From Escherichia coli (GTDB taxonomy: Bacteria; Pseudomonadota; Gammaproteobacteria; Enterobacterales; Enterobacteriaceae): a DNA stretch of 64,000 nt. The stretch lies in the NCBI RefSeq assembly GCF_024298765.1, contig NZ_CP101210.1; one strand, given 5' to 3'. Both the position numbers and the translations under genes were made by a program. The notes beneath the pieces are model-generated. The model was given only the letters and a program-made list of their open reading frames with translations, did not search any database and was not told the DNA's origin. Positions 55,684 through 64,000 of this stretch are shown piece after piece (within the stretch, counting starts at the first letter, position 1; each line of letters starts with the position of its first letter).

Positions 55684-56403
55684 ATGAAAAACGACGTCAT
55701 CTCACCGGAATTTGATGAAAACGGCCGCCCGCTGCGCCGTATCCGTAGTTTTGTGCGCCGCCAGGGGCGACTGACCAAAGGCCAGGAACATGCGCTGGAA
55801 AACTACTGGCCGGTGATGGGCGTTGAGTTCAGCGAAGATATGCTGGATTTCCCTGCGCTTTTTGGCCGTGAAGCGCCGGTGACGCTTGAGATTGGTTTCG
55901 GCATGGGGGCGTCGCTGGTGGCAATGGCTAAAGATCGCCCCGAGCAGGACTTCCTCGGCATTGAAGTGCATTCACCGGGCGTTGGTGCGTGCCTGGCTTC
56001 TGCGCATGAAGAGGGCTTAAGCAACCTGCGCGTGATGTGTCACGATGCGGTTGAAGTGCTGCATAAAATGATTCCTGACAATTCATTGCGCATGGTGCAG
56101 CTCTTTTTCCCTGACCCGTGGCACAAAGCGCGCCATAATAAACGCCGTATCGTTCAGGTGCCGTTTGCCGAACTGGTAAAAAGCAAACTGCAACTGGGGG
56201 GCGTATTCCATATGGCGACCGACTGGGAACCTTATGCGGAACATATGCTTGAAGTGATGTCTTCTATTGACGGTTATAAAAACCTGTCAGAGAGCAATGA
56301 TTACGTACCGCGTCCGGCATCACGTCCGGTGACGAAATTTGAACAACGTGGTCATCGTCTTGGTCACGGAGTATGGGACTTAATGTTCGAGAGGGTGAAA
56401 TAA
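55684..56403 (+). CDS. trmB: tRNA (guanine-N7)-methyltransferase
   Basis: 239 aa [49 protein letters not shown]... Confidence 0.9.
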   Translation: MKNDVISPEFDENGRPLRRIRSFVRRQGRLTKGQEHALENYWPVMGVEFSEDMLDFPALFGREAPVTLEIGFGMGASLVAMAKDRPEQDFLGIEVHSPGVGACLASAHEEGLSNLRVMCHDAVEVLHKMIPDNSLRMVQLFFPDPWHKARHNKRRIVQVPFAELVKSKLQLGGVFHMATDWEPYAEHMLEVMSSIDGYKNLSESNDYVPRPASRPVTKFEQRGHRLGHGVWDLMFERVK

Positions 56404-56729
56404 TGGCAAAGAACCGTAGCCGTCGTCTGCGTAAAAAAATGCACATCGACGAATTCCAGGAATTAGGATTTTCGGTGGCATGGCGATTCCCGGAAGGTAC
56501 ATCGGAAGAACAGATTGATAAAACCGTTGATGACTTTATTAACGAGGTTATCGAACCGAACAAACTGGCCTTTGACGGCAGCGGTTATCTGGCCTGGGAA
56601 GGTCTGATCTGCATGCAGGAAATCGGCAAATGCACCGAAGAACATCAGGCGATTGTGCGTAAGTGGCTGGAAGAGCGCAAACTGGGCGAGGTACGCACCA
56701 GCGAACTTTTCGACGTTTGGTGGGACTAA
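56403..56729 (+). CDS. yggL: DUF469 protein YggL
   Basis: Start [18 protein letters not shown] overlapping trmB stop (TAATG). Confidence 0.85.
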   Translation: MAKNRSRRLRKKMHIDEFQELGFSVAWRFPEGTSEEQIDKTVDDFINEVIEPNKLAFDGSGYLAWEGLICMQEIGKCTEEHQAIVRKWLEERKLGEVRTSELFDVWWD

Positions 56730-56912
56730 GAAAGCATACGGGCGATGACAAATGCAAAACTGCCTGATGTGCTACGCTTATCAGGCCTATAAAGATGCAC
56801 GATCGAGTAGGCTGGATAAGGCGTTTACGCCGCATCCGGCATGGAAAACGCGCACTTTGTTATCAATCTGGGGCCAGCAAATGCTGGCCTGATTTGTTCT
56901 TGAGGGAAGACT

Positions 56913-57632
56913 ATGATGCGCAAAATGCTGCTGGCGGCAGCACTTTCAGTGACGGCAATGACCGCTCACGCCGACTACCAGTGCAGCGTCACGCCGCGTG
57001 ACGATGTGATTGTCAGCCCGCAAACCGTGCAGGTGAAGGGCGAAAACGGCAATCTGGTGATCACGCCAGACGGCAACGTGATGTATAACGGTAAGCAATA
57101 TTCCCTGAATGCCGCCCAGCGCGAGCAGGCGAAGGATTATCAGGCTGAACTCCGTAGCACCCTGCCGTGGATTGATGAAGGCGCGAAAAGCCGCGTCGAA
57201 AAAGCCCGTATTGCGCTGGATAAAATTATCGTTCAGGAGATGGGCGAAAGCAGCAAAATGCGCAGCCGTCTGACCAAACTTGATGCGCAGCTGAAAGAGC
57301 AGATGAACCGCATTATCGAAACGCGCAGCGATGGCCTGACGTTTCACTATAAAGCCATTGATCAGGTTCGCGCCGAAGGCCAGCAATTAGTGAATCAGGC
57401 AATGGGTGGAATTTTACAGGACAGCATTAATGAAATGGGCGCGAAAGCGGTGCTGAAAAGCGGCGGTAACCCATTACAGAATGTGCTGGGAAGCCTGGGC
57501 GGTCTGCAATCCTCAATCCAAACCGAGTGGAAAAAGCAGGAAAAAGATTTCCAGCAGTTTGGCAAAGATGTTTGTAGCCGCGTTGTGACTCTGGAAGATA
57601 GCCGCAAAGCCCTGGTCGGGAATTTAAAATAA
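56913..57632 (+). CDS. yggN: DUF2884 periplasmic protein YggN
   Basis: 239 aa with signal peptide; conserved position between yggL and ansB. Confidence 0.8.
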   Translation: MMRKMLLAAALSVTAMTAHADYQCSVTPRDDVIVSPQTVQVKGENGNLVITPDGNVMYNGKQYSLNAAQREQAKDYQAELRSTLPWIDEGAKSRVEKARIALDKIIVQEMGESSKMRSRLTKLDAQLKEQMNRIIETRSDGLTFHYKAIDQVRAEGQQLVNQAMGGILQDSINEMGAKAVLKSGGNPLQNVLGSLGGLQSSIQTEWKKQEKDFQQFGKDVCSRVVTLEDSRKALVGNLK

Positions 57633-57807
57633 TCCTCTATTTTAAGACGGCATAATACTTTTTTATGCCGTTTAATTCTTCGTTTTGTTACCTGCCTCTA
57701 ACTTTGTAGATCTCCAAAATATATTCACGTTGTAAATTGTTTAACGTCAAATTTCCCATACAAAGCTAAGGGATAATGCGTAGCGTTCACGTAACTGGAG
57801 GAATGAA

Positions 57808-58854
57808 ATGGAGTTTTTCAAAAAGACGGCACTTGCCGCACTGGTTATGGGTTTTAGTGGTGCAGCATTGGCATTACCCAATATCACCATTTTAGCAACT
57901 GGCGGGACCATTGCCGGTGGTGGTGACTCCGCAACCAAATCTAACTACACAGCGGGTAAAGTTGGCGTAGAAAATCTGGTTAATGCGGTGCCGCAACTGA
58001 AGGACATTGCGAACGTTAAAGGCGAGCAGGTAGTGAATATTGGCTCCCAGGACATGAACGATGATGTCTGGCTGACACTGGCGAAAAAAATTAACACCGA
58101 CTGCGATAAAACCGACGGCTTCGTCATTACCCACGGTACCGACACGATGGAAGAAACCGCTTACTTCCTCGACCTGACGGTGAAATGCGACAAACCGGTG
58201 GTGATGGTCGGCGCAATGCGCCCGTCCACGTCCATGAGCGCAGACGGTCCATTCAACCTGTATAACGCGGTAGTGACCGCAGCTGATAAAGCCTCCGCTA
58301 ATCGTGGCGTGCTGGTGGTGATGAACGACACCGTACTGGACGGTCGCGATGTCACCAAAACCAACACCACCGACGTAGCGACCTTCAAGTCTGTTAACTA
58401 CGGTCCTCTGGGATACATTCACAACGGTAAGATTGACTACCAACGTACCCCGGCACGTAAGCACACCAGCGACACGCCGTTCGATGTCTCTAAGCTGAAT
58501 GAACTGCCGAAAGTCGGCATTGTTTATAACTACGCTAACGCATCCGATCTTCCGGCTAAAGCACTGGTAGATGCGGGCTATGATGGCATCGTCAGCGCTG
58601 GTGTGGGTAACGGTAACCTGTATAAATCCGTGTTCGACACTCTGGCGACCGCCGCGAAAAACGGCACTGCAGTCGTGCGTTCTTCCCGCGTACCGACGGG
58701 CGCTACCACTCAGGATGCCGAAGTGGATGATGCGAAATATGGCTTCGTGGCCTCTGGCACGCTGAACCCGCAAAAAGCGCGCGTTCTGCTGCAACTGGCT
58801 CTGACGCAAACCAAAGATCCGCAGCAGATCCAGCAGATCTTCAATCAGTACTAA
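57808..58854 (+). CDS. ansB: periplasmic L-asparaginase II
   Basis: 348 aa; signal peptide and motif ILATGGTIAGGGDS. Confidence 0.9.
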   Translation: MEFFKKTALAALVMGFSGAALALPNITILATGGTIAGGGDSATKSNYTAGKVGVENLVNAVPQLKDIANVKGEQVVNIGSQDMNDDVWLTLAKKINTDCDKTDGFVITHGTDTMEETAYFLDLTVKCDKPVVMVGAMRPSTSMSADGPFNLYNAVVTAADKASANRGVLVVMNDTVLDGRDVTKTNTTDVATFKSVNYGPLGYIHNGKIDYQRTPARKHTSDTPFDVSKLNELPKVGIVYNYANASDLPAKALVDAGYDGIVSAGVGNGNLYKSVFDTLATAAKNGTAVVRSSRVPTGATTQDAEVDDAKYGFVASGTLNPQKARVLLQLALTQTKDPQQIQQIFNQY

Positions 58855-58861
58855 TCACCTC

Positions 58862-58887
58862 GCCCCGGTATCGTGCCGGGGCTTTTT
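58862..58887 (+). terminator. rho-independent terminator after ansB
   Basis: Stem GCCCCGG/CCGGGGC, loop TATCGTG, followed by TTTTT. Confidence 0.65.
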
Positions 58888-58970
58888 CACTTCAGACTCA
58901 CGTCCATTGCCAATTTTCATCACCCTAATGATAATCACCGGAATAAATTATTCCGCGCGAGGGTTTTCGG

Positions 58971-59978
58971 GTGAAAAAGCAATGGATTGTTGGTACGGCG
59001 CTGCTTATGTTGATGACTGGTAATGTCCGGGCAGATGGTGAACCGCCAACTGAAAATATCTTAAAAGATCAATTCAAAAAGCAGTATCACGGCATTCTCA
59101 AGCTTGATGCCATCAGCTTAAAAAATCTTGATGCTAAGGGTAATCAGGCCACCTGGTCAGCGGAAGGCGATGTCTCTTCCAGTGACGATCTCTATACCTG
59201 GGTCGGTCAGTTGGCAGATTACGAACTGCTCGAACAGACCTGGACGAAAGATAAACCGGTAAAATTCTCGGCGATGTTAACCAGTAAAGGAACGCCCGCT
59301 TCTGGCTGGTCGGTGAACTTTTACTCTTTTCAGGCGGCAGCCAGCGATCGTGGGCGGGTGGTCGACGATATCAAAACGAATAATAAATATCTGATCGTGA
59401 ATAGCGAAGATTTCAATTATCGCTTTAGTCAGCTTGAGTCTGCGTTGAATAACCAGAAGAACTCGATTCCTGCGCTGGAAAAGGAAGTGAAAGCGCTTGA
59501 TAAGCAAATGGTGGCGGCGCAGAAAGCAGCGGATGCATATTGGGGAAAAGATGCAAACGGTAAGCAAATGACCCGCGAAGACGCCTTTAAAAAAATTCAC
59601 CAACAGCGTGATGAGTTTAATAAACAGAATGATAGCGAGGCGTTCGCGGTTAAATATGACAAAGAGGTTTATCAACCGGCGATTGCGGCATGTCATAAAC
59701 AGAGTGAAGAGTGTTATGAAGTGCCGATTCAGCAGAAGCGAGATTTCGATATCAACGAACAACGGCGACAGACTTTTCTGCAATCACAAAAACTTAGCCG
59801 TAAATTGCAGGATGACTGGATAACGCTCGAAAAAGGGCAATATCCGTTAACGATGAAAGTTTCAGAAATAAACAGTAAAAAAGTCGCGATTTTGATGAAA
59901 ATTGACGATATCAATCAGGCTAATGAACGCTGGAAAAAAGACACCGAACAACTGCGGCGCAATGGGGTGATTAAGTAA
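58971..59978 (+). CDS. yggM: DUF1202 periplasmic protein YggM
   Basis: 335 aa MKKQWIVGTALLMLMTGNVRADGEPPTENILKDQFKK... Confidence 0.8.
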   Translation: MKKQWIVGTALLMLMTGNVRADGEPPTENILKDQFKKQYHGILKLDAISLKNLDAKGNQATWSAEGDVSSSDDLYTWVGQLADYELLEQTWTKDKPVKFSAMLTSKGTPASGWSVNFYSFQAAASDRGRVVDDIKTNNKYLIVNSEDFNYRFSQLESALNNQKNSIPALEKEVKALDKQMVAAQKAADAYWGKDANGKQMTREDAFKKIHQQRDEFNKQNDSEAFAVKYDKEVYQPAIAACHKQSEECYEVPIQQKRDFDINEQRRQTFLQSQKLSRKLQDDWITLEKGQYPLTMKVSEINSKKVAILMKIDDINQANERWKKDTEQLRRNGVIK

Positions 59979-59994
59979 CTCATGTTAAGTGCCT

Positions 59995-60035
59995 TTGCCG
60001 GATAATATAAAAAGTTATCCGGCAAATTATTTTTT
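59995..60035. terminator. bidirectional terminator between yggM and TRAP dctM
   Basis: Stem TTGCCGGATAA/TTATCCGGCAA, loop TATAAAAAG, flanking T-run. Confidence 0.55.
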
Positions 60036-61335
60036 ACATTAGCCCTAGTAGCTGTGGAATGAACAAGGATATTTGCGGGATGTAAGTGATCATCATCAAC
60101 GCGATTAACAATGCGGCATAAAATGGCAGCAATGGTTTGATCAAATGTTGAATCTTCACACCTGAAATAGAACAACCAACAAATAGCGCACTACCCACCG
60201 GCGGTGTTAACAGCCCAATACAAAGGTTAGCCACCATCATAATACCGAAATGTACCGGATCCATTCCCAGCTCTTGTGCAATCGGCAAGAAGATTGGTGT
60301 GAAGATTAGTACAGCCGGTGTCATGTCCATAAAGATGCCGACAATTAATAAGACGATATTAATCAGCAGCAATATGATCAGTGGGTTATCAGAAATCCCC
60401 ATCAATGCGTCGCTGATCATATAAGGAATATCAGCATTGGTCATTGCCCAGGACATGCCCACGGAAAAACCGATCAACAGTAATACAATCGAAGTGGTAA
60501 CAACCGATTCCAGAATCAGTTTGGGTAAATCGCGCCATTTTACTTCCCGGTAAATCAGCACCGAGAGAATAAATGTGTAGACAACGGCAATTGCTGACGC
60601 TTCAGTTGCGGTAAAAATGCCGCCCAGAATGCCGCCCATTACAATGAACACCAGAAGCAAACTTGGTAAGGCATCCAGAAAAGCTTTACATGCCTGAGCA
60701 AAGGTTGCTCTTTCTGAAAGTGGGTAGCCACGGCGTTTAGCAATAATGCCGCAGACTATCATTACCGCGAGACCCATTAAGATCCCTGGCAAATATCCCG
60801 CCATAAATAACGATGCTACAGAAACGCCGCCAGCTGTCAGGGAAAACACAATTAACACGTTTGAGGGCGGTATCAGTAATCCAGTAATACAAGATGAGAC
60901 GTTTACAGCGGTAGAAAATGCCGGATCATAACCTTCTTTGGTCTGAATGGGATTCAGTGTGCCACCAACGGCAGCAGCTGCCGCAACGGCTGAACCAGAA
61001 ATGGAACCAAACATCATATTCGCCAGGACGTTCACATGACCAAGCGAACCAGGAACGCGGCCAACCATTACCTGGGCGAGGTTAATCAAACGTATCGCAA
61101 TACCGCCGCTGTTCATCAGTGTTCCGGCAAAGATGAAAAAGGGGATTGCCAACAGGGCAAAGTTATCCAGTCCATTAGCCAATCGTTGCGAAACAGTGAT
61201 TGCCGCGATATCCCAGGGAAACATCAACAGCATTGAAGCTACAGTCGCAATAGCGATTGAGAACGAAATGGGCACACCAATAAAGACCAGCACAAAAAAA
61301 CAGTCAAACAGTGTAATCGCGATATAACTATCCAT
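60034..61335 (-). CDS. TRAP transporter large permease (DctM family)
   Basis: 433-aa polytopic ORF; start overlaps DctQ stop. Confidence 0.8.
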   Translation of the reverse strand: MDSYIAITLFDCFFVLVFIGVPISFSIAIATVASMLLMFPWDIAAITVSQRLANGLDNFALLAIPFFIFAGTLMNSGGIAIRLINLAQVMVGRVPGSLGHVNVLANMMFGSISGSAVAAAAAVGGTLNPIQTKEGYDPAFSTAVNVSSCITGLLIPPSNVLIVFSLTAGGVSVASLFMAGYLPGILMGLAVMIVCGIIAKRRGYPLSERATFAQACKAFLDALPSLLLVFIVMGGILGGIFTATEASAIAVVYTFILSVLIYREVKWRDLPKLILESVVTTSIVLLLIGFSVGMSWAMTNADIPYMISDALMGISDNPLIILLLINIVLLIVGIFMDMTPAVLIFTPIFLPIAQELGMDPVHFGIMMVANLCIGLLTPPVGSALFVGCSISGVKIQHLIKPLLPFYAALLIALMMITYIPQISLFIPQLLGLM

Positions 61336-61847
61336 TAACTGGCCTCCTGCGCAGGTTGTTTCAGTTGTTGAATGCTTTGATTAATAAAACACAAGGCATA
61401 AAACATCATCACCACTCCACTTAATGGCAGAATGATATATACGTATCCCATCGGTATTTGCATTGCGGCAGATACCTGTGATGTTGCCAGTGTTTTATCA
61501 ATTAATTTCAGGCCACCAGTCACAATGACCGAACCGGCAAAACCTAAAATAAGAACGTTAATGACTATACTAAGAAGTAATTGCTTGCGCTTATTCAGGG
61601 CGAGAGCAAATAAATCGATAGAGAGATGTCTCTGCGCGCCGACGGTATATGCAGCACCTAATAATCCTACCCAGATCATCAAAAAGCGTGCCAGCTCATC
61701 GGTTAATGTACTTGGCTGGTTAAGTACGTAGCGGCTAAATACTTGCCAGACTACGCATACAACCAGAGCAAGCATTACGGCGACAGAAAACGCGGCAATG
61801 ACGCGGTCTACCGCAAGTTTCAGGCGGTTAAATATCATTGTAAGCAT
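61335..61847 (-). CDS. TRAP transporter small permease (DctQ family)
   Basis: 170-aa 4-TM ORF between DctP and DctM. Confidence 0.75.
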   Translation of the reverse strand: MLTMIFNRLKLAVDRVIAAFSVAVMLALVVCVVWQVFSRYVLNQPSTLTDELARFLMIWVGLLGAAYTVGAQRHLSIDLFALALNKRKQLLLSIVINVLILGFAGSVIVTGGLKLIDKTLATSQVSAAMQIPMGYVYIILPLSGVVMMFYALCFINQSIQQLKQPAQEAS

Positions 61848-61882
61848 CCTGGAAAATCAGGGCCAGAGACTGGCCCGAAATA

Positions 61883-62869
61883 TTATTGAGCAGCGTTGTC
61901 GAATTTCTCTAACAAAGCAGCTTGTTTTGGATCTTTTTTGAAGTCGTCAAACAGAGGTTGAACTGCGGCACGGAATGGGGCTTTATCAACCTTAACGATT
62001 TCACCACCCATAGCTTTCGCCTGAGCACGTGTGTCAGCGTCAATTTTTTCCCACAATTTTTGTTGATAAGCTTCGGATTTCTTCGCCGCTGTTTCGAGGA
62101 TTTGTTGCTGTTCTGGGGTTAATTTATTCCATGTTTTGGTGGAGATAACCAAAAAGTCAGGAATTGAGGCATGTTCATCTTCAGAAAAGACTTTGGCAAT
62201 TTCGATATGTCGAGTCTGCACCCAGGAAGGCACGTTATTTTCTGCGCCATCTACTACACCTTGTTGCATCGCAGTATAAACTTCGCCAAATGAAATTGGA
62301 GTGGGTGAGCCACCCATCAGTTCAATCATTTTGATGGTGGTCGGGCTTGGCTGAACACGAATTTTCAGCCCTTTAAGATCTTCTGGCTTAGTAATCGGTT
62401 TTTTCGCATAGAAACTGCGAGTACCCGCTACATAAGCTGATAAAGCAAAAAAGCCTTTATCTTTTGTTGAATCCATAATTTCTTTACCAACTTCACCAAA
62501 AACCACTTTGTTGAAGTGCGCCTGATCTTTAAATAAGAACGGCAAATTATAGATAGCATAAATATTATCAAAAGACTCCAGATCACTGGCGGAACCTTTG
62601 GTCATATCCAGTGCACCATTTTGCAACAACTCCATAGTTTCTCGCGCATTACCCATCTGGCTGCTGGGGTAAATACGGATCACCATATTACCTTTTGACA
62701 GCTGTTTTACTTCTTTCGCCAGCTCTTCAAAACTCTGATGTACAACATGACTTCTTTCCAGGTTGTGTGCTAACTTTAACGTCACTTTTTCTGCGGCGTT
62801 TACGCCAGTGCTAACCAGAGCCAGCAAGGATGCGCAGACTAATGAGCGGGTAAATGACCTCATTTTCAT
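61883..62869 (-). CDS. TRAP transporter substrate-binding protein (DctP family)
   Basis: 328 aa with signal peptide MKMRSFTRSLVCASLLALVSTGVNA. Confidence 0.8.
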   Translation of the reverse strand: MKMRSFTRSLVCASLLALVSTGVNAAEKVTLKLAHNLERSHVVHQSFEELAKEVKQLSKGNMVIRIYPSSQMGNARETMELLQNGALDMTKGSASDLESFDNIYAIYNLPFLFKDQAHFNKVVFGEVGKEIMDSTKDKGFFALSAYVAGTRSFYAKKPITKPEDLKGLKIRVQPSPTTIKMIELMGGSPTPISFGEVYTAMQQGVVDGAENNVPSWVQTRHIEIAKVFSEDEHASIPDFLVISTKTWNKLTPEQQQILETAAKKSEAYQQKLWEKIDADTRAQAKAMGGEIVKVDKAPFRAAVQPLFDDFKKDPKQAALLEKFDNAAQ

Positions 62870-63136
62870 AAAAAAACTCCCTGTTGAAGAATGGAAATTG
62901 GTTGATATCTAATTGTGCTTATCAGTGCTTTGTGCGACAAATTGGTTAACCTGTCTGACAACTTGTCTATGTTTATCACAACTTGAAATAAAGTCAGAAA
63001 TTAAATATTAATTTTGTGCGCCAGGTTGTACATGTTTATAATCAATAAATGATGAGTAAATATTCACTAAATATATATAATAAATATCGTCGATATTTAT
63101 TCTGTAAGAAATATATTTTTGCCGAAGTTAATTAAC

Positions 63137-63150
63137 GGGGGGGGGGGGGG
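63137..63150. repeat. homopolymeric G14 tract (C14 on the TRAP/hemW coding strand)
   Basis: Read directly: ...ttaacGGGGGGGGGGGGGGtaaaag...; between hemW stop and AT-rich region upstream of dctP. Confidence 0.9.
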
Positions 63151-63189
63151 TAAAAGAAGTGATTAATGCGCCCGCAGGCGCATTAATGA

Positions 63190-64000
63190 TTACTCAGCGA
63201 GGAATAATTCAAGAAGTGAGTTTAAGAATAATTTACCATGCTCGGTTATCTGCCAGTAATCCGCACATTCTGTGAGATAACCCTGAGCGATGGCCTCGTC
63301 TAACTGAGAGCGAATAACTTCTTCAGAAAGGCCAGTATACTGGCTAAACTCCACGCGCGGCGCGGCCTCCAGCAGACGGAAGCGATTCATAAAGAACTCA
63401 AACGGCTTATCTGCGGCTTCGACATCACGCTGGCTTTCCAGATACCTTCCTTGCATAAAACCACGCGGATGACGCGTTTTGGTGGTACGCAGAATGCGCC
63501 CATCCGGGAAGGTCACTTTGCCGTGCGCGCCGCAGCCAATACCGATGTAGTCGCCAAATCGCCAGTAGTTGAGATTGTGCTGGCACTGATAACCTGGTTT
63601 GGCGTAAGCGGATGTTTCATACTGCTGATAGCCCGCTGCGGTTAATAACTGATGCCCCTGTTCGAAAATATCCCACAGCGCGTCATCGTCCGGCAGTACA
63701 GGAGGGCGCGAGCCAAACAGCGTATTAGGTTCGATGGTCAGTTGATACCAGGAAAGATGCGGCGGATTCAGTTCAATGGCCTGGCGCAGATCGCCAAGCG
63801 CCTCTTCCAGTGATTGATCCGGTAGCCCATGCATCAAATCGAGGTTAAAGCTACGTAACCCTAAACCGCTCGCCAGATTTGCCGCTCGTTTCGCTTCTTG
63901 CGGGCCATGAATGCGCCCAAGTCGTTTCAGCTTTTCTTCGCTAAAACTCTGCACGCCAATGGAGATGCGGTTCACACCAGCACGCTGATAATCAACAAAG
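63190..64000 (-). CDS. hemW: heme chaperone HemW (radical SAM family), 3' portion; N-terminus beyond window end
   Basis: C-terminal 261 aa of ORF running off the window; matches YggW/HemW. Confidence 0.8.
   Translation of the reverse strand, partial: FVDYQRAGVNRISIGVQSFSEEKLKRLGRIHGPQEAKRAANLASGLGLRSFNLDLMHGLPDQSLEEALGDLRQAIELNPPHLSWYQLTIEPNTLFGSRPPVLPDDDALWDIFEQGHQLLTAAGYQQYETSAYAKPGYQCQHNLNYWRFGDYIGIGCGAHGKVTFPDGRILRTTKTRHPRGFMQGRYLESQRDVEAADKPFEFFMNRFRLLEAAPRVEFSQYTGLSEEVIRSQLDEAIAQGYLTECADYWQITEHGKLFLNSLLELFLAE

Noticed and set aside
57892-58809. 305-aa minus-strand ORF
   Set aside because: Entirely antisense to ansB; GC-rich shadow frame.
59277-59783. 168-aa minus-strand ORF
   Set aside because: Antisense to yggM.

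Overview
Enterobacterial (Escherichia coli-like) chromosomal window. The right ~16 kb (48.1-64 kb) is conserved backbone: tRNA-Phe (pheV context), yqgA, speC, nupG, mltC, yggX, mutY, trmB, yggL, yggN, ansB, yggM, a 3-gene TRAP transporter and the 3' part of hemW. The left ~48 kb is a mosaic genomic island at the 3' end of tRNA-Phe, with a P4-type integrase next to the tRNA; the other island end lies beyond the window start. Cargo, reading from the tRNA leftwards: raffinose operon rafR-A-B-D-Y; an IS1 whose middle is replaced by an IS2 3' end; a TPR-like gene truncated by that IS1; a YhbX-like phosphoethanolamine transferase; a WYL-regulator-led module encoding two membrane/HNH-like proteins I cannot assign to any family (best candidate for an undescribed defense or toxin system); ISEcp1 (split by an IS10 with a perfect 9-bp target duplication) driving a CTX-M-9-group ESBL gene, followed by truncated IS903; an outer-membrane beta-barrel gene and an H-NS paralog; the sucrose PTS regulon scrK-Y-A-B-R; a YheO-regulated MFS/RidA/sugar-phosphate-isomerase module; nested IS66 and IS2 fragments; a type VI secretion remnant (tssF, tssG cut by IS66); AlpA plus prophage-like hypothetical genes; a 1.4-kb AT-rich, G-depleted non-coding tract; and IS5. 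No CRISPR array or rRNA was seen. All family assignments are from reading the translations against remembered sequences; no database search was run.
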